Part shown: piece after piece, positions 11,353-22,300 of the stretch
Layout of the letters: every line of letters begins with the position of its first letter
How positions within the stretch are numbered: the first letter of the stretch is position 1
NCBI GenBank assembly: GCA_013265495.1
Contig: MU058669.1
Location: 478,056 to 542,055 of the forward strand
DNA: 64,000 bases
Source of the DNA: Vicugna vicugna
Lineage: Eukaryota
Direction: 5' to 3'
Notes under the pieces: model-generated
What the model was told of the DNA's origin: nothing
The model's input: the letters and a program-made list of their open reading frames with translations, nothing else
Databases searched by the model: none
Translations under genes and position numbers: made by a program

Positions 11353-12049
11353 GTGAGCAGGGAGCTGGTGTGTAGTCGATGCCTGAGGACCCAAAGGACT
11401 GGGTAATCAGGGGTTCCTGCAGCTCCATGTGAAGGAGCCTGGAGGCTTCTGAAAGGGGCTAAAGCTGGTAAGAGAGGAGAAGAGCTATCATGGACTCCCG
11501 GCCAGGCTGAGAAAGAATGGGCTGCTGCTCTCAGGGTGGTCTGCAGAGCTGCCCTAACCCCAAGTTAAATGCCACCCTAAGGAAAGCTGACACACCACCA
11601 AACAAAGACCACCACATCCACAGAGACCACTGGCACCTCGTGGAAAGTCTCTGACCCTCTAGGAGGCTGGGGACACCTCTCTCCAGCCCCAGGAGGTCAG
11701 GTGGGTGACATATCAGCTGCCTGCCTTGGACACTAGATGTCAGAGGAAGAAGGAGAGACTTAGAATCAGACCTAAAATTGGGCCTTTGCTCCGAGGTGCA
11801 GGGAGGAAGGGTCTTGAATGAGTAGGCCAAGCTTCTACCCATTTTGGGTCCTGTTTCTTGAGCCATCAGTCCAACCCATACTCAGAGGAGGGAAGAAATG
11901 AGATTTAAATTGGAGTGGACTTTATATGACCAGAATGTTTGGCATCTGTTGAAGTGATCATTACCAGATAGGTAAGGTGTGAATCTGTCTGGTACAACTA
12001 GAGGCAGAAATAGAAGGAAAAGAAGCCATTTCTTGTCAGTGGTTCAATA

Positions 12050-12230
12050 AATCAGTTACATCACCAAATTCTCCAAGCAATCATATAAGGTGGGTACTGT
12101 TATTACTGCATTTTTTTGAGACAGGGAACCAAGGATCTGGGAGAGGCAAGAACTTAATCAAAGCCACAGAGCTAACAAGTAGCTGAGCTGGGATTTGAAC
12201 TCTCACTGTTGGGCTCTGAAGCCAGATCTC
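12050..12230 (-). mobile_element. MIR SINE
   Basis: ggtgggtactgttatta..aagccacagagctaacaagtagctgagctgggatttgaactc. Confidence 0.75.
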
Positions 12231-13194
12231 TGAAGAGCACTGCCCTGAAGAGTGGAGCCTACGCTGGCATTTGACACAAGCATCTTCTCTCCCAGCTTCT
12301 CGGAATAAACCCAGTGTGGGGAGCTCAGCACCTGCTGAGACATCTTACCATATTTTCAGGTGGCTGTTGAGGTAACAACTTACATTTTGAAAGGTTTTTA
12401 TGTTAACACACACAACAGTCATTCAATTAGTATTTATGAGGTTGCTACCACTGCGCTGAGCACCTCCCAACCTCTCTGGGAGCGGGGCTCAGCAGGCAAT
12501 TTTTTCCACTGTCTTCTGCATATGAGCAAACTGGGACACAGAAAGACTGTGACTTGCCTAATGTCATACAGAGCTGGGACCACCACTGCCAAACATTTCT
12601 TGGGTGCTCAGTACATGTTAGGCTCTGTGCTAAGTGCTCTACATGGTCCTAGGGGGCTCGAGAATTCCTGCTGTCCAGTACTTCCCACTGCCCCAGCTGG
12701 CTTCCTCACACTCCCACTCCTGATCTCCGCTTTCCTGTGTGGAGTCGATGGTTCTCTGGCCACAGGGTTGATTTCCTGGCTTGAGGAAAGCCCTCTAGCA
12801 GGTGGCTGGGAGACTTAGAAAAAAGCAGAGAATTTGGCTTCCTTCCCCAGCGCCAGCTCATCACACCTGCCAGTCTGCTGCTGTAGAAGATGCTGGCAGT
12901 TCAAAGGATGGGCCCTTGATTAATATCTCATCCTCTATAAATAAGTGAATAAAGGCACGTTCTGCACGCACTGCTTCGCTGTCTCCTTTGGGCCTTTTAT
13001 TGCCCTCCACACCTTGTTACTCACTGGTCTTGGGACGTCAGACTTCGAACTTCCAGCCAGACTCTGTCAAACTCCTTAGCTTGGCAGTGGTTACCTGCTT
13101 ACCTCCCCACACCCAACATAGGCTCCTGCTGACCTGTCTTCTCTCTGGATTCATCAGTGGCCTACACAGCCCAGCTTTCCTGGTAAGCCATCTG

Positions 13195-13335
13195 GACAGA
13201 GTGGCTAAGCACATTGGATTGTGTGGGTTCAAACCCCAACTCTCACCTCTTTGTGACCATGGGTAAGTTACTTAAATCCTACAGTCTTTAGTTTCTTGAT
13301 ATATAGAATAGGGATGATGAAAATAGGGTGGATCC
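13195..13335 (+). mobile_element. MIR SINE
   Basis: gggttcaaacccc..tgtgaccatgggtaagttacttaa..agtttcttgat. Confidence 0.75.
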
Positions 13336-13894
13336 TGGAATTAACATCCTGATTGGGGCTAAATAGGCAGTCACACAAGTGAGAATTTGTCCATGATGAG
13401 CAGTGTGATGAACAGTGATGATAGTAGTCAAGGAGGGCTTCCCTGAAGAGGTGACATTTGAGTGAATACATTAATGATGAGAAAGAGCTGATTCAAGCAG
13501 CTGGCTCCAGGCAGAGAAGGAACAGGGAGTGTGTCTTTGTGGGGGGCCTGATGGGGGAGGGGATGGTTGGAGGAGGTCCCTGGTGCTAGAGGGTGGGTGA
13601 GAAGGTTGCCAGGCCTCTCACAAGGGGCATATTAAGGGATCTGAAAGTCTGTGTTAAATTGTTAAAGCCCAAGGGTGGCAGGGGACTCAGAGGCTGTCAC
13701 AATGCTCGTATACAAGTCCCTTGGGGCTGGCACCTTGAGCACCTTCCAGCCTCCTGGTCCAGTGAGAAGTGGAGAGGATGTGGCAGGTCCTGAATTCCTC
13801 ACTGCAGATCCCCCATCTTCTCTCCCACTTTCCTAAAGCAGAACACTCTAGAAAGGGTCTGGTGTCAGCCAGGTTGTATGCGGACTCTGTAAAG

Positions 13895-14062
13895 AAGGCA
13901 ACACAAAGGGCACTGATTTGTTGTCCTGGACAATTATGGTGATGGAAATACTCCCACCATGGCTGATTCTGAGCTACCAGCATAACATGTGATTGTGGAG
14001 TTGGGAAGTGATGCACATAGTCAGCTCTCATGAGCCGGTATGCACTGGCTCCCTCACCATTG
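13895..14062 (-). mobile_element. MER63-like hAT-Blackjack element
   Basis: aaatactcccaccatggctgatt..gagttgggaag..gctctcatgagccggta..ctggctcc. Confidence 0.7.
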
Positions 14063-14084
14063 CATTCACACCTGAGTAACATCA

Positions 14085-14275
14085 ACCAGCGTTTAGGAAG
14101 CACTTACTAGGTGTCAGGCGCAGTGATAAGCACGTTATATGTACTAACTCACAACAACTCTGTGAGGCAGGAGCTGTTCATACTCTCATTCCACAGGTGA
14201 GAAATGCAGTCATGGTAAGCTCACTAACTTGCTCAAGGCCATGCAGTTAGGCAGCAGAGAGGCTGAGATTAAACT
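14085..14275 (-). mobile_element. MIR SINE
   Basis: agcacttactaggtgtcaggc..ctcacaacaactctgtgaggcagg..taacttgctcaagg. Confidence 0.75.
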
Positions 14276-14277
14276 GC

Positions 14278-14700
14278 AGTATAATTTATAGGACAGCAAA
14301 CAAATCCTAAGTGTACCGCACAGTGGATTTTTACGTATATAAAACCACGTGTAACCAGATCACGATATAGAACATTTCCAGCCCCAGCTGGCTCTTTTAT
14401 CACTCCTCTTTTTTATACTCTCCCTCCAAGGTAATCACCATTCTGACTTTTATCACCATAGATTTGCTTTTTCTGTGCTTGAATTTTATGCAGCTGGAAT
14501 CATTCAGTACATAACCTTTTGTGTGTTGGCTTCTTTCTTTTCACTGTCTTGTCTGTTCATCCATGTCATAGCACGTTTCAGTAGTTTGTTCCTTTGAACT
14601 TCAGAAGTTTGCTCTTCCACAGTGTGAGTATACGCAGTGCATCTACCCGTTCTTCTGTGGATAGACTTTGGGCTTGTTTCCACGTAGCACGTGCTCATAA
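14278..14700 (-). mobile_element. Old L1 (L1ME-type) 3' fragment
   Basis: gtataattta..gatatagaacatttccag..taatcaccattctgactttt..ttggcttctttc. Confidence 0.75.
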
Positions 14701-14802
14701 TCGCTAGGATTTACTGCCACTCAAGTGTGGGTGCACTCCTTTACTCTTCCTGTCTCTGGGGGATTTGCATCCTTAGCACGTGGGTTGAGTGGTGTCACAG
14801 GA

Positions 14803-15224
14803 TGTATTAGTTTCTGATTGTGGCTGCAACAAATACCCCAAACTTAGTGGCTTAATGCAACGCAGAGTTGTTAATTTACATTTCTGGGGAGCAGGAGTCT
14901 AAAATACACTGACAGGGCTTCGGTCCTTCTGGAGGCTGTAAAGGGACAACCCCTTGCCTTGCCTCTTCCAATTTCTCAAGGCTGCTTGGGTCCATTTCTG
15001 CTTCTGTCATCGCATTTCCTTCCTTTACTCTGACCTTCCTACCTTCCTCTCATGAGGAACCTTATGATTCCATTGGACCTATCCAGATAACCCAGGATAA
15101 TCTCACCATCTCAAGATCCTTAATCACATCTGCAAAGTCTTTTGCCATGTATGCTGACATATCCGGAGGTTCTAGGGATTAGGACATGGACATCTTTGGG
15201 AGGACCATTATTCTGCCTTTAACA
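14803..15224 (-). mobile_element. MLT1D-like MaLR solo LTR
   Basis: tgtattagtttc..caaacttagtggctta..ccaggataatctc..catctgcaaagtc..gggattaggacatggacatctttgg..attctgcc. Confidence 0.88.
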
Positions 15225-16083
15225 CTGAACTATCTTGATGTAATGGAAGGAGCCTAGTGTGGGAATCAGGGACCCAGGGTCCCATTCTGGACCCTGTATT
15301 GACTTACTGTGGGATCTTTCTGGGCTTTGGGCAGATATAAAAATGAAGGGCTGGGCCAAATGACACATCTCACAGGTGGCTCCCAGTGTCCACTGTCTAT
15401 GACTCTGCACATACACTTCAGGCCTGGGGCTCTATTCAACAGCCCTTTTTATCTGCATGTGCCCTTTTCTTCCCACCCCCAGGGTAAAGGGAGCGGGCGC
15501 CTGCAGCAGACCCCTCACCGCCCCCTCCCTTCCCCTTCCTTCCTATCATATGGCCTCTGGGCCTTTCATCCACAGTGACTTTGAAACCCTGCTATTGATT
15601 TTCCTGTCACCTCAGGTCATACCCTCCCACCCTTCATCTTTCTTTAAGTGGAAGTTTGAAAACCCAGTTGGGGTGGGGGGAAGATCACCCACTGATTTTA
15701 GGGGTTGGGCAGACAGAGCAGCTCTTCCAGGAGGCTGGGTGTGAAGTGCTCAGGAGGAAGTAATAGAGACTTTAAATACTCCTTTCTGATGTGAGCTGAC
15801 CTGTTCTTTCATTTGCAATTGATGGTGGTTCAAGCCGTGGGCTCCCAACAGTTACTGAAAAGAGAAAGAGGAAGACTAGATCATTTTCTTTTTTGCCAAA
15901 TAGGAATCCTGCTTTGTTGAAAGTGAACCAGCAGCCTGTTAGCTCTCCGTATTTTCTACTAGCCAAGCAGCTGATCTTGCCTAGCTCCTCCTCCATCTAT
16001 TCTCTCATTGATATAATCACTTGTTAGCATCTACTTTTTCTACTTTGTGTGGTAATTAGTGCATGTGCTTTGAAGTCAGATGG

Positions 16084-16500
16084 TCATTCATTCAGTAAAT
16101 GTTTACTGGACGCCAACTTTATGTTGTACACTTGGCCAAGCACTGGGGTCAAAATGACTAGCAAAACAGATAAAGGGCCTCTCCCCAAGGAGCTTATGCT
16201 GATGGAGGAGACAGAGGGTAATTGTATAATCCCACAAAATATGGAATTACAAATTGTGATAAATGCTATGAACAAAAAGTTGGGGAAGCTATGAGAGCGA
16301 TTACAAAAGGGCATGAGCTAATTTGGGGGTTAGGAGAGGCCACATTGAGGAAAACCTTCTGAGCCAAGATTAACTGGGTGAAAGAAGGAGCTAACAGAGA
16401 CAAAAGAATCTGCCCAGATAAAGCCCTGAGGCAGAGGAAGCTGGGTCAGTTTGAGGGCTTTGGAGGAGTGTAGAGGCTGAAGGGAGAGGAAAGGAGAAGT
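16084..16500 (-). mobile_element. L2 3' end
   Basis: tcattcattcagtaaatgttta..aaacagataaagg..gtgataaatgctatgaa. Confidence 0.8.
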
Positions 16501-16554
16501 AACATATAATTGGGAAGTTTTGAATTTATTCATCTTGTAATAAAGTCTGTGAAC

Positions 16555-16730
16555 AGGTTAACTTTTAGTGTCCTAATCCATAAAGTGGGTATAAAACTAC
16601 CTTCCTTGCAGAGTGGCTTTGAGGATTCACTGAGATAAAATGTGCCCCAATATCTGGGCTAAGATAAAGTGCTTAGCCCAGAACTTGGTCTATTACAATC
16701 CTGGAATAAATGGCAGCAATTACTTTTATG
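16555..16730 (+). mobile_element. MIR SINE containing a perfect hairpin
   Basis: ctaccttccttgcagag..gaggattcactgagataa..aaagtgcttagc. Confidence 0.65.
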
Positions 16731-17889
16731 ACTGTGCAAGGTGCACCATTGCTGGGAGCTGGGGGACAAAGATGAATCAGATTTGATTCTTGCCTTCAAG
16801 CAGCTTCTAATATAGTTGAGGGGATCAGCAATAGCTAGTCTGCAAGTGTGTCCCAGCTTCGCCAACCGTGCTCAGAGGGGAGCACTGACTCCGGTGGGGA
16901 GTCGGAGAAGGTGGCTTGGACGGGGAGGCATCTATATGCCCAGCATGTAATTCTAGTCAGGCGGGAAAGCATGGACCATCTTTGCCTCCCTGGGAGCATC
17001 TGAGATGCAGAGAGAGAGAAACAGCTGCGTTCCCTGCTCTCCTGCTGAAGTGAAGGAATTCAGAGGTGCCACTTCTCTTATTAATCCAGCTGTGAGCATT
17101 TTTTTAGACCATCCTGAGCCCCGGAGGAACAAGGCGCAGAGCCTCTGAACAACATCATTAAAATGCTTCCTAAGAAGAAACTCAAGCCGAGCGAATGAGA
17201 AACTAGCAGCAGCACCAGTACCTGAGCCCAGAATGAGGGATGGGGAGTGGCTCCTGGCTAGCTCTGCACCAGTATAGTGGAGAAGCTCCCTCACCTAAGG
17301 GTCCTGGCTTTCTCACCTGTAAAATGAAATGATTGGCCTCGATGATGACATTCTGTGTTTCCAAAAGGAAACTATGTGAAATGGCTATGTTACTCCTTTG
17401 CTCAGATTTTGGGGACACTTTCTATCAAGAGCAAAGGAGAAAATAGAGGCAATTCCCCAGGTACTTTTGACCCTCTCTCAACCCCTTTGCACATGTAAAA
17501 TCCATTCAACTGCAGTCGAAGTGAGTTTGGGAGCCTAAAACATATCTGGTAAAGTAACTCACTCCCTCACCTCATTTTCCTAATCTAGCGCTAGTGTTGA
17601 TGTTCCTAAGTAACATATGACCGCAGGCAAGTCACTTAACCTTTCCAAGTATCTGTTTCCCCTTCTTAAAATGCAGACCTGTGACAGAATTGTCTCTTTG
17701 TGCCCCCTCAGCTCTCATTTTCTCTTTTTGATTCATGGCTTTGATCCCTGTACAGGTCACTTATCTCTAGCGACAGGTGAGATGTGGAAAAAGCAACTCA
17801 GTGCGCTACCACCTCCCTGAACGTCAATGTCATGAACTGAATAAAGTCACGTATTTAAGGGTGTCTTTTGTAGACCATCAGGATAGCTA

Positions 17890-18120
17890 AGTAGGTTATA
17901 AGCATGGGCTTTGAGGCAGGCAGGCTGGAATCAAATCTGGTTTCTGTCACTTAGTAGCTGTGTGGCCTTGAGCAAGTGCCAATCAATGTGAAGCATGTAG
18001 AGTTCTATTTAGGCAGAAAAGCAAGAAGACTCAGTTTCCTTATCTGTAAAATGGGAGTGAAGATAATGCCTATTGCTTAGAGTTGTTATGAGGATTAAAT
18101 ATGTAGTGCTTTCCAAGTTT
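17890..18120 (+). mobile_element. MIR SINE
   Basis: cacttagtagctgtgtggccttgagcaagt..ctcagtttccttatctgtaaaatggg..gaggattaaat. Confidence 0.8.
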
Positions 18121-18282
18121 CTATCTACAGGAGGACAAAATAGAGTTTCTCTGGTAAATGGGTAACTGATCTTAACCCTAGGGTTAGGGACACAGGGAAC
18201 AGTGGGAACTGAGGCCAAACAGAGACTATGTATTCTCTTTACATGGGGCGGTTTAACCCAGCTGACTGTAACACTGTAGGTC

Positions 18283-18455
18283 TCAGTGTTGCCAGATCTG
18301 ATCTTTTTTTACCAAGAGGAACCAGAAACTTGCATTTTTATTTGAGATGGCCCAATCTTAAAGTACTGGCTCACATTTAGTTTTTTTAAACACTGTGCAA
18401 ATAAGATATGGTTACAGCCAGGATGTGGCCCACAGTGTTTCACTTTGTGACTTCC
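18283..18455 (-). mobile_element. hAT-Charlie (Charlie4z/MER103-like) fragment
   Basis: cagtgttgccagatct..ccagaaac..ttggctca-like..aaacactgtg. Confidence 0.6.
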
Positions 18456-20255
18456 ATTAAGTGCTCAATGAATGATGGGGAAAACCCTGGTCATCTAATT
18501 AAGTGCTCTCAACAACCCCATTTTACAGATATGGAGACTGAGGCCAAGGCCAAGATAACTGAAATGACTTCCCCAGTGTTGCCTGGCTCGATTATATTAG
18601 AGACAGGACTCTAACTCAGTTCTTCTGACTTCCAGTTTGGTGAACTTCTGCCAAGTCACAGGAATCCTTCTAGAAGCCTGGATGGTAAGCTGCCTGGGGC
18701 AGCGATCCTTGCTTCTCCTTCCACTCCTTTCCTGCAGTGCTTACAGATAACAGTGGTTTGAGATGATGCACAGAACCTCTACCTACGTGCTGCTCATATT
18801 ATCCGCAGTCCAACGGTGACTCAAGTGAGGACGAGGGTGGTTGCAGGCTTCCAGGCATGGGAGTTGTCTCAGCTGCTCCCTTCATTCCAAGCCTCCCATC
18901 TCTGCCTACTTTCCCTGAGATCAGATACAACATGAGTTTCAGTTGTAATGTATCTTTTTAAAAAGGTTACAGGACAAAATAATCCTCAGTACAATGTAAT
19001 AATAAAATATAATCTCCTTTGTGGTTATATCCTTGAGCGTTAGCAAATTTTAAGCTAAAAATGGATAGTTTTAATTTTAATAAAAACAAGATTAGCAAAT
19101 GAAAATCTACTATAACTCTTATTAGAAAGAGCTAAAGCATTGCTGCCTCTAATAGAGCTTTCAGGTGCCCTCCCCACGTTCCACATCTCCTGGTGCATCC
19201 TCCCCTCTGGGGAGCCTGAGAGGTGTACCTACATTGCCTTTTGAAATCTTCCTCTTGGGCCCCAATTCTCAGCCTTCATTTCCTTCACTTTAAATTCTAG
19301 TGCAAACCAGCTCAGCCCTCCCATCAGCATCCCCTGACTCTTGACAGGCTCTCTGCCCATCAGGAAGTCTGCTCTGCTCCATTCTAAGAACCTTGTTAGG
19401 GGTGACTGGGATGGGTACCATTGGCAAGTCGCTTCTGGAAACAAGTTTCCTACTTTGGCAGGAGATGGAGCAGGGACTCTCCCGCTGGGGGACTGGCGTG
19501 GCTTATCAGACTTCATCTCAACTCTATGTTCTTGACTGGGGTTTTCATAATTTCTTTTCCCTCAATTGCTTCCTCTGAAACCCGTATTTGCATTTAAACA
19601 AGTGTTTGCTCCCCCGCTGATTATTTTCCCCCTCTTTGATTCCGTTGCAAAAGCAGCCGGAGTTGCTGGCGTGTTGGTGTCTGGATGGGCTCCATGGCAA
19701 CAGCTGGGAGTTGAATGGTGTGAACTTCACCTCTTCCCTTTCGCAGATATGGTTGGCAGAGTAGGCACATTTAGGAGAAATTTCGAGGAAGTGGAAACGG
19801 AACTCTTTGTCACCTCTGGGTCTCCTGGGCCTGCTTCAAAAACCTCTAGGTAGATTGCAATAAGTAGAATTTCTCAGAGAGGAGGAACCCCTGTAGGTGA
19901 TACTTTAAAGCCAAGAGCACATGATTCTATCCAGGGAGAGTGGTATAAGGAGCAAAAAGAATAGGATTCCAGGGTCTCTCTGACACTGACCCATGGCATG
20001 ACCTTGAGCAGACAGATGATCTCTGGTTAACATGAGTGCTTTTGCATTTTGCTGAATCGGGGAGGTGAACTCCAGGACCTTCTTCTGTGGGGGCTTAGCT
20101 CACCTTGCACTAACAGAGGGGTTTAGCGTGTTAAACATACAAGCTTTGGTACAAAGCTGGGTCCCAAACCCAGATGCATCCCATACACACTTGTGACTTT
20201 AGACAAAGAACTTAACTGTTTGCAGCCCTGACTTCTCCATGGGGTAAAATGGGGT

Positions 20256-20685
20256 TGTAGTAGTTGAGACTGTTGTTCTCAATTCTTCACATCCTCAGAT
20301 TTCCATGTGACCTTGCTGTGCACATTTGACTTGACTGCACATTTTCTCACTGTGCGGACTTGGCCATATGACTTGTTTGGGCCAATGGAATATTAAGGAC
20401 TTGGTGTGAGCAGAGGTCATAAATATGCTTCCAGGGTTTGGTTTGGTTCCTATGACCTACCATGGAAAGAACATGAACTTTTTAGTGTCTGGTCTAAGGA
20501 GAGTGAGGACACATGTGGAATAGACTGGGGATCATCATTAGCCCAGAGACTACCTATGGCGTGAAGCTGACCCCCTCCCAAACTGGCCTGCAGACCCATG
20601 AGCTAGAAAATGAAATGCTTTTTGTTGTAAGCCATTGGGGGTTAGTTTGTTATGCAGCATTGTTGTGGCCATTGCTGACTAATAC
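20256..20685 (+). mobile_element. Old MLT1 (H/I/J-like) MaLR LTR
   Basis: tggccatatgacttgtttgggccaatggaat..ttgttgtaagccattggg..ttgttatgcagcatt..gctgactaatac. Confidence 0.8.
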
Positions 20686-21009
20686 CAAGAAGCTACAACA
20701 GTGGGGATTAAATGAGAATGTGCATATGTTACCTGGATATTGGTATCTCCCTGTGCCACTGCTTTATTCAGTCTGCACCAGCCCCCAGGTAGGACTCTGA
20801 TGTTATGAATGCTACCTGCCCTGGATACCCACCCCACCCAAATCCAGTCAGTGACTTCAAGAAGCAACATCAATTTTACTAATATCTGGTCATCTCTCTC
20901 TATCTGCCCTCAAACCCCAAGTACCCTCTGAGATACTCCTTATCACCTTTTTTATCCTCAGAGGATAAAAGAGCTTCAGCTTGCCCCCTCTGGTCTTGTG
21001 TCCTTGCCC

Positions 21010-21107
21010 TTTATTTATTTATTTATTTAACATTTTTTATTGAGTTATAATCATTTTACAATGTTGTGTCAAATTCCAGTGTAGAATACAATTTTTCAGT
21101 TATACAT
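21010..21107 (-). mobile_element. Young, severely 5'-truncated L1 3' end
   Basis: (TTTA)n tail plus aacattttttattgagttataatcattttacaatg; TSD CTTGCCC at 21003-21009 and 21108-21114. Confidence 0.85.
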
Positions 21108-21139
21108 CTTGCCCATCATTTAATGTTGGCTTCAGGTAC

Positions 21140-21645
21140 ACCCAAGAGCAGCAGCAAGCGAGACTTCACATGTCAAGGTCCCTCCCCTTAGATGGCATGG
21201 CAGACACTGTCTTTGTTCCGCCCATAGCCCTTGGGCACTCACTGTCCCAAATTGCCACTTCTTTTGCTTCTTCACTGGTACACTTGTGACTTTTTGTCTG
21301 AAGACCTTGCTCAGCTTGCATGTGGGCAGGACAGAAATGCCAGGAGGTGGACTTTGTCGGGTGATGGACAGGACTTGGTGGATAGATCCCTCAGATTCTT
21401 CATTCTCTCGATGAGGCAACTCTGAGGCAGGTTCTACGCTGTCTCCCTAAGGAGCCTAGCAGATTTGAGCCTCACTTGTCCACAGCAGTCATTCTCTCAA
21501 TCACACCCAGTGTTGACTTCTTTCCTTTCCCTTTCTTTCTTAATCCACTCCCTTATCATCACTTCCCAGGATTACCTCCAAATAAGCTATGTGCACCCTG
21601 ATCTTTGTCTTAGGGTCTACTTCTGGAGGAACCCAACTTCCAACA
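21140..21645 (+). mobile_element. ERVL LTR16-like solo LTR
   Basis: 3' end cctccaaataagcta..tgtcttagggtctacttctggaggaaccca. Confidence 0.65.
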
Positions 21646-21999
21646 TAAGTATAAGTGTGTGCAAATGTATAGATGATATAAAGAGCGAGCAAATACTTTT
21701 TCTTGCTGTAATAGTTTTTCCTTCTCTTAGTGCAGTGCCAAGCAGACAGTGAGCATTCCATAAACGATGACCAGGATGATAATGATGATGGTAACTCTTG
21801 TGAGAGTAATCTCTGTACACTTTAGTTGGGGTGCACTTGGCATTGTACCCCAACGATCTTCTTGGTAGACCTTCTTGCTTGTTGCTCGAACACCTGAACT
21901 CATGAATGTCTGTTTTATTTGCAGCCCTTGGTCTGACCTTAAGAACAATAATAATCCATAAGTTCTAAGGAGCATTTTAGAGTTTATAAAATAAGTTAC

Positions 22000-22300
22000 A
22001 GTTCATTCATTCAACATTCATTTTTTTGAATTTTTAGTTTTAAAATGCCTGCTATATGCCAGATATTGCTGGGAAAAATAGCAGAGATCAAGACTGGCAA
22101 AGCCTGTGCCCTCATGGTACTTGTGTTCTAGACAGGGAGAGCCACACAATTTAACATTGAATTAATTCATTAATATTATAAACAAATATTTAAAATACAT
22201 GTTTTACAAGCAAATAATTAAAGCTTAATTAAACAGACTGTGGTAGGTACTACATAGAAAATAGAATAGGATTGTATGATAGGGAGAGATGGGTGATCAG
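22000..22300 (-). mobile_element. L2 3' end
   Basis: ttcattcattcaaca..tgctatatgccag..cctgtgccctcatgg..ttctag. Confidence 0.7.

Noticed and set aside
12794..12809. CTCF-like site (also near 36279 and 39457)
   Set aside because: Each has two or more core mismatches; not supportable without a PWM scan or ChIP.
18173..18189. Head-to-head telomere-like palindrome TAACCCTAGGGTTA
   Set aside because: 14-bp palindromes are expected a few times per 64 kb (others near 47788 and 60529); no TTAGGG array.
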